Shown here: positions 21,262 through 31,198 of the stretch, in pieces
Position numbering within the stretch: position 1 is the first letter of the stretch
Layout of the letters: each line of letters starts with the position of its first letter
Assembly (NCBI GenBank): GCA_963666055.2
Contig: CAXWPH010000015.1
Location: 1,280,001-1,344,000, forward strand
Direction of reading: 5' to 3'
DNA length: 64,000 bases
DNA from: Acidobacteriota bacterium
Lineage (GTDB): Bacteria > Acidobacteriota > UBA890 > WLXD01
Notes under the pieces: generated by a model
The model's input: only the letters and a program-made list of their open reading frames with translations
Told to the model about the DNA's origin: nothing
Database searches by the model: none
Program-made: the position numbers and the translations under genes

Positions 21262-21996
21262 CTAGTCGAGGACTGCCTGGTGTAGTGCGACGAGCTCCGC
21301 CATGCCCGCTACCTCGAGGTCCGGTGTCGCGCCCTCACCTTCCACCGGCGGCGTGGCGCCCCATCCTTCGGATCCTCTATGGCGATTGATCCACATCGTT
21401 GTCAATCCCAAGGCCTTCGCAGGAACGATGTCGTGGAACAGGCTCTGCGCCGTATGCAGGATCACCTCAGGTCCAGCCCCCAAGGTCCGATGCAGGTCCT
21501 CCAGCATGTATTGGAAGTTCCGCACGTCGGGCTTGTAGGAGCCGACGTCCTGCGCAGTGATGACTCGATCGAACTTGACCCCCAGCCGCGACTCGCTTAG
21601 CGCGAAGGAATCGCGGTCGACGTTGGAGAGGATCACCAGTTTGTAGTGCTCCTGGAGATACGCGAGCGCCTCCGGGCTGTCGGGGAAGGCCGGCCACTTG
21701 CCCACGGACCCTCCGAACTCCGGGACCTGCCCCTCGTCGAGCGGTACGGACCACCGCTCCGCGAGCCGCTCAATCACCGACTCGAGGATCTGGGGATAGA
21801 GCTTCTCTGGCGTCTTCCTCTCGCACGTCGCTTCCTCCTCGGCAAAGGCCACCAACAGCGTGTCGTCATCCAGAGTCAGACCGTGTCGAGTAGCCCACGG
21901 CCTCAGCTCGTTGAGGATTCCCGTCTCCCAGTCAATGAGCGTTCCGTAGCAGTCGAATGTGAGGACCTTGAAGTCGCTCAGCTGTTCGGGACTCAT
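21262..21996 (-). CDS. HAD-family hydrolase, haloacid dehalogenase type II-like
   Basis: FDCYGTLIDWE, LSNVD, GSYKP and HTAQSLFHD motifs. Confidence 0.9.
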   Translation of the reverse strand: MSPEQLSDFKVLTFDCYGTLIDWETGILNELRPWATRHGLTLDDDTLLVAFAEEEATCERKTPEKLYPQILESVIERLAERWSVPLDEGQVPEFGGSVGKWPAFPDSPEALAYLQEHYKLVILSNVDRDSFALSESRLGVKFDRVITAQDVGSYKPDVRNFQYMLEDLHRTLGAGPEVILHTAQSLFHDIVPAKALGLTTMWINRHRGSEGWGATPPVEGEGATPDLEVAGMAELVALHQAVLD

Positions 21997-22037
21997 AGGC
22001 TCGCCTCGGTGGATTGACTTTTGTGACGTGCGAGTAA

Positions 22038-22057
22038 GCAGGTTGTATACAACCTGC
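22038..22057. promoter_or_regulatory. Perfect 20-bp palindrome GCAGGTTGTATACAACCTGC, GntR/FadR-type operator candidate
   Basis: TTGTATACAA core, 41 bp upstream of the HAD start. Confidence 0.6.
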
Positions 22058-22075
22058 GGGTGGTTTCGTGCCCCG

Positions 22076-22245
22076 TGGACCTTCGCATGTCCTGACGATA
22101 GGCTTCAAGCGCTCATCCACCCTTCTGCGGTAGCGCCATGGAACCCGGCATCAAACTAGGCCCCTACGAGATCACCGAGCAGCTCGGCGCTGGCGGCATG
22201 GGCGAAGTGTCTCGAGTACGCAATACGACGCTGGATCCTGATGTC
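22076..22245 (+). repeat. Kinase promoter plus first 36 kinase codons (5' shell)
   Basis: TGGACC-N17-TAGGCT, then MEPGIKLGPYEITEQLGAGGMGEV. Confidence 0.9.
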
Positions 22246-23820
22246 ACTAGCGAGAGAAGGAGTCGGCTGAATCAAACCGTCAGTCGAACGATTGCCGGCA
22301 TCGCTTGCGTGGCGGTAGTGGCGTGCAGCAGCGGCGGAAATCCCTACGCCGACAAGTTCACCGACGTTGATCCGGCCTGGGCGGTCACTGCCGACGAGGG
22401 CTACGAATGGGCGCTGGTCAAAGATGCCAACCTGCCGGCGATGACCGGTAGCCCGGAGTGGAACAACTACGTCGGGTTCCTGGAGGACAAGCTCCGGGAA
22501 TACGGCGTAGTCGACATGCACCGCAACAGCTGGACGTACGATCGCTGGTCCACGACGAAGGACAACAGTGGCTGGTCGTTGGTGTCAGACGGGGCGCCGG
22601 TACGCGTGGCTCATTACGCCATGAACTCCGGCAGCACCGGCCCGGAGGGGATCACGGCGGAGATGATCTACTACGACCACGATAATCCGCCCGACTCCAT
22701 CGAGGACAAGATCGTGGTGTTTCCGACGCGGCCGCACCCGGAACCTCCCTACGACGACTACTACATCAAGAACTTCACCTTCAACGACTACGAGTGGCGC
22801 GCCAATGACGACACGTACTGGGAATTGTTCCAGTTCGTGCCACCGGAGTTCAGCATCACCTTCGATATCTGGTGGCAGCTGCGGCAGAGTTTATGGCGCA
22901 TCGCAGTAGAGGGAGGCGCAGCGGGTCACGTCACCGTCTACGACATGGCCTTCGGGCGTAGCGAAGGACTGGTGGCCCGACCGATACCTCCTCTGTATGA
23001 GTTGCCGGGACTATCTCTGAGCCGTGAGGACGGGGCCAAGGTGATCGCCGATGCCAAAGCGGGCAAGACCGCCACGCTGCGGCTGGAGGCAACCGTCGAG
23101 GCATCGGAGGCCTACCAGACGATCTCGTACCTGCCGGGTCGCGACTACGGCACCCCGGGGGACGAGCAGATCCTGTTGATCAACCACACAGATGGCCCTT
23201 CGATCACGCAGGACAACGGTGCGCTGGGTCTGCTGGCGATCGTCAAGTACTTCTCCAACATCCCGCAGGAGCACCGGCCGCGAACGCTCACCGTCTTCCT
23301 CGACAACCGGCACTACTATCCGGGGCAGGAGCGCGCGGCGCACGAGGTGAGCTGGCTGGAGCGCTATCCCAAGGCCAAGGACCCCCTGGTGGGCATCATT
23401 CAGACCGAGCACATGGGCGAGAACGACTACCGCGAGGCGGACGGCGTGGTCGAGCCGGTGGGACTGGCCGAGCAGTCGTACCTCTGGTCGCGCAACAATC
23501 AGGTGCTCATCGACGCCGCGGTTGCCGCCGCCCAAGTGCATGGCTGGGAGCGCGTGCAAGTGGTGGTACCCGAGCGGCCGGGAATCAACGGCGGCCTGCA
23601 ACAGGTGTGGTGGGGGGTTGGATCCCGGGCTCTGCGCGGCTGCCCGCAGTGCCTCGATCTGCCCGGCTACGGCCTCGGCGGGTTTCTTGGTCTGTATTGG
23701 ACGACGGCGAGTGGGATCGAGCGCTGGAACAAGGACCTGTTCGAGGATCAGGCGCACACGATGACGCAGCTGACCGGTGTGTTGATGACTGCTGATCTCG
23801 ACGAGATTCGACCCGAATAG
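22138..23820 (+). CDS. M28-like peptidase/PA-domain lipoprotein fused in frame to a kinase N-terminal stub
   Basis: Lipobox VVAC, HTDGP...QDNG and EHMG motifs; the first 36 aa are kinase-derived. Confidence 0.7.
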   Translation: MEPGIKLGPYEITEQLGAGGMGEVSRVRNTTLDPDVTSERRSRLNQTVSRTIAGIACVAVVACSSGGNPYADKFTDVDPAWAVTADEGYEWALVKDANLPAMTGSPEWNNYVGFLEDKLREYGVVDMHRNSWTYDRWSTTKDNSGWSLVSDGAPVRVAHYAMNSGSTGPEGITAEMIYYDHDNPPDSIEDKIVVFPTRPHPEPPYDDYYIKNFTFNDYEWRANDDTYWELFQFVPPEFSITFDIWWQLRQSLWRIAVEGGAAGHVTVYDMAFGRSEGLVARPIPPLYELPGLSLSREDGAKVIADAKAGKTATLRLEATVEASEAYQTISYLPGRDYGTPGDEQILLINHTDGPSITQDNGALGLLAIVKYFSNIPQEHRPRTLTVFLDNRHYYPGQERAAHEVSWLERYPKAKDPLVGIIQTEHMGENDYREADGVVEPVGLAEQSYLWSRNNQVLIDAAVAAAQVHGWERVQVVVPERPGINGGLQQVWWGVGSRALRGCPQCLDLPGYGLGGFLGLYWTTASGIERWNKDLFEDQAHTMTQLTGVLMTADLDEIRPE

Positions 23821-23852
23821 AGCTGACGCGGCTCCTGCTGCCGGAGCCATAG
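23820..23852 (+). repeat. Degenerate kinase 3'-end repeat (3' shell)
   Basis: GAGCTGACGCGGCTCCTGCTGCCGGAGCCATAG versus consensus GAGCTGAAGCGGCTCGTGCCGACGGATCCATAG (28/33). Confidence 0.75.
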
Positions 23853-23943
23853 AGTCCCCGGGGTGATCAGCACCGGCGCGGTTCAGAACTAGGCTGCTCC
23901 GTCCCGCTCAGCTACGAGCGTACCTGAGTCGTTGGCGGCCGAA

Positions 23944-25476
23944 TCAGTGGTCGCCCGGCGTTACTACCTCGCTCATGTACCACTTCACGAATCCGGCCGG
24001 GCCCGTCTCGGCACCCGAGTACCGACCCGAGCGATAGGCATCCGAGCGGATCCCCGCGTGGTTGTTGTCGGTGATCCAGATGTCCTCCTGGATCGTCACG
24101 TGCCACAGAGCCTTGACGTTGTCCGGATCGTAGTCGCGGCCTTCCACGGCATCCGGGTGCACGAGCCAAATAATCTCGCAGTCGGTGCGGTTGACGTCCC
24201 GCGGGGTGAACCGCGCGATAGCAACGTGGTCGTCATAGCACTGCCAGTATCCGGTGGAGTGGGCCGTGGTGGCGTTCTGGGTCTCGTGGTTCCATGCGTC
24301 GATGTTCGGCAACAACGGCGCCACAGGCTTTCCGTCCAGCGAACCGGTCACGAAGCCAGGGTTCAGATGCCCTGAGGTCTCCGGCTTGTACTGCGACCCG
24401 TCCGACCCGGCCATTCCATCCATCCCACCTTGCCGATCGCGGCGGGCCTTCTCCGGCACCCAGGCATGGACCTTGGCCGTTTGCGCCGCCAACTGCTGTG
24501 GCGTGGCCTCGTAATCGTAGTGGTGGGTTGTGGAAAGTGCCTGGTGCGATGGCCCGCAGTGGTAGCATTCCTGGAAGTTCTCCAGCGCCAGCTTCCAGTT
24601 GGCCTTGATGGGGTATTGCTCCCGGGCAGCGATCGTCAGGTCGGCCACGCCATAGCGCTCGGTAAGCGCGCGCATCTGTGCAACCGCCGCGTCAAGCTCC
24701 GGCGGCTCTTGCGCCCGTGAGAGGTTCACGAAGATGCTGCCCTCGACCGTCCCGAGGTGGCAGGGGACCAGCCCGTTGTCGGCCGGGTCGAAGTCGTCCT
24801 GCATGCCGTAGGCGTAGATCAGGTTGCCGTCGGTATCGTACGTCCAGGCATGGTAGGGGCAGCGGAATACCGGCGAGCTACCGCTCTGCCCGAGCTGCTT
24901 GACCGACAGGCGCGGGTCGCCGGGTGTCGGGTCGGCATCGTGCCGGCACAGTCGTGAGCCCCGATGGCGGCAGACATTGTGGAACCCTCTCACCTCGCCG
25001 TCGCTGCTTCGCACGATGATGACGCTCTCAGAACGGCCAAACTCGAACACGAAGTAGTCGCCTGGGTTCGGAATGCGACTTTGGTGGTCGACGTACAGCC
25101 ACAGGTTCTCGGCGATGAATCGCTCGTCGGCGAGATAATGCCTCTCGTCGTTGTAGTACTCGCCCGGGATGGTCGTGCGCTCGCGCCAGCCGCCCGGGTA
25201 GCCGTGGCGCGCAGGCTCACGTCGGCGCCCCGCCTCTTGCTCGATGTCCGGGCCGCCGTAGCCGCCGGGATCGGGTGGCAGGGCGGGACGATGGCTCCGC
25301 CCGTAGTTCGGCAGCGCTGCCGCCTCGGTAGCCTTTCCCTCGGCGGCAACTTCACCACGCAGCGTCCCGGGGAGGGCAACGGCTGCGCCGGCAGCAACCG
25401 AGGTCTTGGCAAAATCACGCCGGTTGACCCTCCGGCCGACCACCCCGTGCTTGTTTTCGCTCCGTTCTTCGCCCAT
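23944..25476 (-). CDS. Rieske non-heme iron oxygenase alpha subunit (GbcA/choline monooxygenase-like) with Tat-like signal
   Basis: CRH...CPYH, NWKLALENFQECYHC...H, QED motifs; NRRDFAK plus hydrophobic stretch. Confidence 0.9.
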   Translation of the reverse strand: MGEERSENKHGVVGRRVNRRDFAKTSVAAGAAVALPGTLRGEVAAEGKATEAAALPNYGRSHRPALPPDPGGYGGPDIEQEAGRRREPARHGYPGGWRERTTIPGEYYNDERHYLADERFIAENLWLYVDHQSRIPNPGDYFVFEFGRSESVIIVRSSDGEVRGFHNVCRHRGSRLCRHDADPTPGDPRLSVKQLGQSGSSPVFRCPYHAWTYDTDGNLIYAYGMQDDFDPADNGLVPCHLGTVEGSIFVNLSRAQEPPELDAAVAQMRALTERYGVADLTIAAREQYPIKANWKLALENFQECYHCGPSHQALSTTHHYDYEATPQQLAAQTAKVHAWVPEKARRDRQGGMDGMAGSDGSQYKPETSGHLNPGFVTGSLDGKPVAPLLPNIDAWNHETQNATTAHSTGYWQCYDDHVAIARFTPRDVNRTDCEIIWLVHPDAVEGRDYDPDNVKALWHVTIQEDIWITDNNHAGIRSDAYRSGRYSGAETGPAGFVKWYMSEVVTPGDH

Positions 25477-25732
25477 GCCGTCGCCCCGCGCTGCTTGGCT
25501 AGTCCGTGTTGACGTTGCTCCGATGCCGAGATCCTAGTCTGCTCCGATATTAGGCTCGTTCACGACCGATAGCCACGGGTCACCTGCCGGGTCGGTCTGG
25601 GTCAGGACAACGACCCCCGTTTCAGTTGCCCCGGTAGCGCGCCCGGCGGGCGGGACGGCCGCAGATTGAGCAGGTGGATACCGGAAGCGCCGGAGCCCAC
25701 GGGATCCGACGCTGACCAAGTTGAAGACGCCG

Positions 25733-25868
25733 TTGGATCTCGCCCGCTCCGGCGATAGGCTTCACCCGCTCACCCACCTCCCTCCTGGTAGCGCCATGGA
25801 ACCCGGCACCAAACTAGGCCCCTACGAGATCACCGAGCAGCTCGGTGCGGGCGGTATGGGTGAGGGTG
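25733..25868 (+). repeat. Kinase promoter plus first 23-24 codons (5' shell)
   Basis: GGAT...CGATAGGCT; ATG 25796 reads MEPGTKLGPYEITEQLGAGGMGE. Confidence 0.9.
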
Positions 25869-25906
25869 CCGTGGGTGTCCGCCTGCGTGGGTCGCTCCTG
25901 TAGCGC

Positions 25907-27676
25907 CTAGCTCTTCTCGACGAGATTCGTCTTGACCGTCCCGTTTACGCTGGCCTTGCGAAAATACGGTCCCCAGCGCTTGCGAATCTTGTTGACCTTG
26001 TCGATGGATGCCTTCGAGGGTGGCTCTCCCGCACGGCCCATCAGGATGAACGCCATGTTGAACTCCTTCGGCGCCTTCTTGCTTCTGGGAGTCCGCTGCC
26101 CTTCCGCGGCGATGACGTCTCCGACGCCCAGGTCCACGCGGTCTCCCGCGAAGGTGATGCCTATCCTCGGATCATCGACCCGTTGGACCCCCGAGCCGCG
26201 TGCGTCCTTGACGTAGAAGAACTTGCCCACCCGCGTCCGCGGAATGAGCCCCATCAGATAACGGTCCAGAGGGCTGTATCGTTCGGTGGCACCGACCGTC
26301 GTAAAGGTCCCGTTGCCGTTGTCCCCGATGTCGTTGCCCTCCATTACCGAGGCATCCGAATCGAAGAAGAAGCTCCAATGTTGGAAATCGCGACCCAACA
26401 GATCGCTGTTGATGGCGCCGCCCTGGTCGCGGAAACGAACGTAGGCGAGCCAGCGATGGCCTACCTCTTGCCCCAGGAGGTCCATCGTCGAAAAGGTAGT
26501 GAGGGGGCGAATGTTCCGATCCGGATCCTCGGGGTATTTCGTGAGGAACCCCATCTGCACGTAGCTCTCCAATCGACCCTCGCTGCCGTAAGAGCGCGAG
26601 AAATCGAACGGATCCAGGCCGATCCCCTCGACCTGGTTCTTGATGTTGAGCTCGAAGGCGAAGGCGCCGTCCAGGGCGGCCGGGGCCGGGAAGTCGAGCC
26701 AGACGATGAGGTGGTCGTACTCGTCGGCGAAGTGACGAAAGAAGGTCTGAGCGATCCCTAGGTCGTCGATCTGCTCCTCGGCGCTGAAGCGCTCGGCCAG
26801 GGCTCTGTCGCCGGAGTCGACGGGCAGATCGGCGTCGAAGTCGATCAGGGCCAGACCACCCCCGCCGCCGGGTGCGACGCCGACCACCGCATCCACCGCG
26901 TCTACCGACCCGTAGGCGACGAGGATGCGGCCGCTCCTGAACAGCGTCACCTGGACCGTGTTCTCGTTGGTGCTACCGAACTCTGGCACGCTGGACCAGG
27001 TGATCTGCATGCTCGTGGAGGTGGTCCTTAGATAGACACCCCCGGTGGTTGCCTGGCTCGGATCCAGATCGATGAACAGGGGCGCGATGCGCGGCGGGCC
27101 GTTGAGGAACCTTCCGAGGCTACGGGTCATGCTGGCGTTGTCCGCCTCCACGAACGTCAGGTTGCCGTCGGAGTTCAGAAAGACGTGTTCGTACCTCGTG
27201 CCGAAGAACGGGAAGTCGAAGCTCGGAAACTCGATGAGAACGCTGTCGTCGTCTTGGATCTCTACCAGAGATCCGAGGTCGTCCTTGACCGGGACGGTCG
27301 AGCGCACGGCGCGAAGGTTATTCTTGCGCCGCTTGAAATTGATGCCCTGTCCCGACAGGTCGAACTCGCTGGGTTCGCTCACCAGCGTCCCATCGTCCTC
27401 GATCACCGCGACGTCGCCGACCTTGGTGACGGCGGGAAGGCTGCGGCCCGGAACGTCGGGCGCGGCAGCTGCGGAAGCCCGGGCTAGCCGCCGAAGGTGG
27501 TCCCGGTGAAAGGCCTGCCGGACGGTGTGCCCGTGGCGATGGGTGCCGCACCATGTGCGCGGGGCCTTGTGCGTAGCGGACGAGGACCCGGGCTGTGGAC
27601 GTACCTCCGAGGGCGGGAGGAGAACCAGGAGCGCAAGCAGCGGGATGAGCTTAATTCTCTTTTCTGGTTGCGCCAT
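25907..27676 (-). CDS. Exported protein with a NIDO-like domain and a zincin-like QExxH...H domain
   Basis: FPFFG...NSDGNLTF...IAPLFIDLD; LLGQEVGHRW...HWSFF; RBS GGAGGT. Confidence 0.7.
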   Translation of the reverse strand: MAQPEKRIKLIPLLALLVLLPPSEVRPQPGSSSATHKAPRTWCGTHRHGHTVRQAFHRDHLRRLARASAAAAPDVPGRSLPAVTKVGDVAVIEDDGTLVSEPSEFDLSGQGINFKRRKNNLRAVRSTVPVKDDLGSLVEIQDDDSVLIEFPSFDFPFFGTRYEHVFLNSDGNLTFVEADNASMTRSLGRFLNGPPRIAPLFIDLDPSQATTGGVYLRTTSTSMQITWSSVPEFGSTNENTVQVTLFRSGRILVAYGSVDAVDAVVGVAPGGGGGLALIDFDADLPVDSGDRALAERFSAEEQIDDLGIAQTFFRHFADEYDHLIVWLDFPAPAALDGAFAFELNIKNQVEGIGLDPFDFSRSYGSEGRLESYVQMGFLTKYPEDPDRNIRPLTTFSTMDLLGQEVGHRWLAYVRFRDQGGAINSDLLGRDFQHWSFFFDSDASVMEGNDIGDNGNGTFTTVGATERYSPLDRYLMGLIPRTRVGKFFYVKDARGSGVQRVDDPRIGITFAGDRVDLGVGDVIAAEGQRTPRSKKAPKEFNMAFILMGRAGEPPSKASIDKVNKIRKRWGPYFRKASVNGTVKTNLVEKS

Positions 27677-28547
27677 GTTTTTCACCTCCGAATGGTCGGT
27701 TCGGTTTTAGGGCATCGAAATCGCAGCAGCTGCATCGAGGAATGACCTGTCGAACGATTCGGACCAGCTGATCGCCCGCCTCTACTCCAAGACAAAGACA
27801 GACCGCGATCACAAGGCGCATGGGAGCCACCGAGAGCCGATAGCGACGCCTTCGATTACCCCGTACCAGCCGGACAGTCAACGGAAGGCCGGGCATCGTC
27901 TCGCCACTTGTACACACCAACCGCCTCTCGGGCGTTCAGATCAAGAAGCCCTGATAGTGGATCAGCAACCCATCAAACCAGCCGCTCGACTCGCTGCTCT
28001 ATGTCCATTGTCCACCTCGGCTATGCGTGCTGATCCTGGGCGCACTGTGTTCCGGGGTTGGGGCAATCACAAGGGGTACGGAATCGTCCCGCCCGTGTCC
28101 GTCTCACAGGCACATGGACGAACGCGACTCCTACGACCGCCCGCTCCGCGACCTCACACCTGATCCTCACGCCGTAGATCGCGTCAAGAGGAACGCCGGG
28201 GTTTGCTAGCGTGTCGCAGTTGGCGCGTGACCTCTGAAAACAGGCACTATCGGTCGGATAGCGAGCCGCTATCGCCACGTAAGGCGCACAGATAGCCGCC
28301 TGGGTGCTTCGGGACGGATCAAAGAATGCAGTCGCTCTACGGGCCGCAGAGCGTTTCTTCGTGAAGGCTCGTGCCTGCAAGAAACCGAGCCGCCGTGTGG
28401 GGAAAGCAGGGGCCTGTCGGAGGGTGATTTACTGGCGATTTGGCGTGGGAGTTTCACGCAGCGAGGGGTGACGTGTGGGTGTGGGGTCACCCATAGAGAG
28501 CTGCGTCCATATCGTGCCATTAAGGGCTTCTGGCGGGTGGCGAAATA

Positions 28548-28712
28548 ATGTTCCACAATCACCCCTCGGGTGATCCGACGCCGAGTCGAGAGGACGTCGG
28601 AATCACCCGGCAGATTCTGCAAGCCGGCGAGTTGCTGGGCATTCGCGTGCTCGATCACCTGGTGGTTGGCGCCGAGGGGTTCGTGAGCTTCAAAGAGCGC
28701 GGGCTCCTCTAG
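28548..28712 (+). pseudogene. radC: RadC-like JAB domain C-terminal fragment
   Basis: [16 protein letters not shown]...[15 protein letters not shown]...SFKERGLL*. Confidence 0.85.
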
Positions 28713-28843
28713 CTGCCGACCGTCGGTGGCGCGCTGCAGCACCCTGCTACGGGCGATTCATGTCACGACGGCACCTTCCGTGGATCCCCAAAGGCTCTGG
28801 CGATAGGCTTCAGGGTGCTCACCCACACCCCGCTGGTAGCGCC

Positions 28844-31198
28844 ATGGAACCCGGTACCGAACTAGGCCACTACGAGATCCTCACGCTGCTTGGTGCAGGC
28901 GGCATGGGCGAGGTGTATCGAGCCCGCGATACCACGCTGGATCGTGATGTCGCCATCAAGGTGCTGCCGAAGGACTTCGCCAGTGACGCTGGCCGGCTGG
29001 CTCGCTTCGAGCGCGAAGCCAAGCTGCTCGCCTCGCTGAACCACCCCAACATCGCCACCATCTTCGGGTTCGAGGAATCGGATGGTGTGCGCTTCATCGC
29101 CATGGAGTTGGTGGAGGGTCAGAGCCTCGCCGAGCGGATAGAAGCGTCCGGTCGCATTGAGGTCGATGAGGCGCTAGAGATCGCTCGCCGGATCGCGCTG
29201 GCACTGGAAGCGGCTCATGAGGCCGGTGTCATCCATCGTGACTTGAAGCCGGCCAACGTACAGGTGACTCCCGACGGCACCGTCAAGGTGCTCGACTTCG
29301 GGCTGGCCAAAGCCTACGCAGCGGATGGCAGCGATCCGTCGTCCGGCCTGAGCCAGTCACCCACCATAATGGCCGCCACGGGCACCGGCGTGATCATGGG
29401 CACGGCTCCCTACATGAGCCCAGAGCAGGCACGGGGTCAGCCGGTCGATAAGCGCAGCGACATCTGGTCGTTCGGCTGTGTCCTGTACGAGATGCTCGCT
29501 GGCAAGCGCACCTTCGACGGTAAGACCGTCAGCGACACACTGGCATCGATCCTTAAAGAGGAGCCAGATTGGGCGGCTCTGCCGCAGACGACCTCCCCGC
29601 TCATCCAGCTTCTGCTGCGTCAGTGCCTGGAGAAAGAACCTGATCGGCGACTCCACGACATCGCCGATGCGCGGATTGGCATCGTCAATACCATCAACGA
29701 CCCAGATGGGGGCCTCGGTCTGACGGCTGGCTCGGGTGAGGCTGCGAAGCCGTCTTGGTGGCAAACTATCCCGACACCTGTGGCAGCCGGTCTAGGCGTC
29801 GGCATCGCCGCAGTGACAGCCCTTGCGGTCTGGACCCTGACGACCCAAAACCAACAGCCGCCTGCGCCTCCCATGCACCTGGAGTTGAGGCTAACCGATG
29901 AAGATCTCAACCTAGCTTTTGGTGGAGCCGTCCTATCGCCGGATGGCACGCAGATCGTCTACGTCGCGGGTCCTCCATTCGACCCGGAGTTATACGTTCG
30001 CTCGCTGGATCAGCAAGAGAGTACTCGCCTAGTCTCTGGCTCTGCATTCAGACCGTTCTTCTCCCCGGACGGCCAATGGGTGGGGTTTTTCACCAACTCC
30101 GAACTGAAGAAAGTGCCCGTCTGGGCGGCACGCCTCAGACGATCTGTTCCGTCGATTCTGCTGGACCTCGAGACAGAGGCGCAAGCTGGGGGCTGGACGA
30201 CACAATTATCTTCGGCGGCTCCTCCGGTCTCTACGGCGTGTCCGCCAGCGGGGGGGAGCCGGAACCATTGACTCAACTCGAACAAGGGGAGGTCTGGCAC
30301 GCTTACCCACAGGTGCTGCTTGACGGTAAGGCGATGCTGTTCACCTCCTTCGCGGACGAACGCTCGCCTGTCACCGAAGTGCTGGATCTAGGGACGAGGC
30401 AACGAAGGGTCGTGCAGCAGGGCGGACAGGGACGCTACGTACCCACGGGGCATCTCGTGTATCACGATCAGGGAACCCTGTTTGCCGTCGCGTTTGATCT
30501 GGGAGAGCTGGAGGTCGCCCGATGGAGAGTGGGTTTTCTTCGCGTCGGATCGGAGTGGCAATAACGATATCTTCAAGCGCCGGACTGACCGGAGTCTCGA
30601 CGCCGAGCTGGTGTTGGATACAGAGGCTGACGTGTTGCCGTGGTCGATCTCGGACGACGGTGAGATGCTGCTTTTTGTGAGCGGGAACCTCTCGAATCTC
30701 GACGTGGGGATACTGGCTCTCGATACAGGTGATACGGAAATGCTCGTCGATACCGCCGATATGGAGACTTGGCCCAGTTTCTCGCCGGACGGTCGCTTCA
30801 TCGCCTTCATGTCGAACGAGACCGGGCAGGGCGAGGTGTACGTGCGGGAGGTATCGAGCGGTCGGACATTTCCGGTCTCTACGAGTACCCGCGGTGGTGC
30901 TGCCCCTGTCTGGTCGCGAGATGGAAGGGAGATTTACTACGTCTCCTCCAACAGCCCCGGCATCCTCGTTGCGGAAGTGGATTTGGAGTCGTTTTCCGCA
31001 TCTGACCCTGTCGAAGTCTCGGACATCGCCATGCGTTCCTTTTCCAACTTCGATGTCACCGCCGACGGCCAGAAGTTCCTGGTGACGGTGCCCGCTGGTA
31101 ATGATGAGACTGGGGACACGGCACCCAGCGCACGACTCAACGTGGTCCTCAACTGGTTCGAGGAATTGAACCGGCTAGTGCCGACGGGTGGCTCTTGA
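28844..31198 (+). pseudogene. Ser/Thr kinase-TM-PD40 receptor with a frameshift (about 30120) and an internal deletion (about 30515)
   Basis: Intact Hanks kinase motifs and TM; propeller continues in two other frames; promoter TGGATC-N17-TAGGCT at 28781-28809. Confidence 0.85.

Noticed and set aside
27750-28540. Possible ncRNA or res site in the long spacer before the radC fragment
   Set aside because: No motif or structure I could identify with confidence.
28760-28843. Upstream extensions given by the ORF track (also 3166, 4890, 16975, 39926, 63408)
   Set aside because: They run through promoter, IS or att sequence; downstream starts have an RBS or signal peptide, or match paralog starts.
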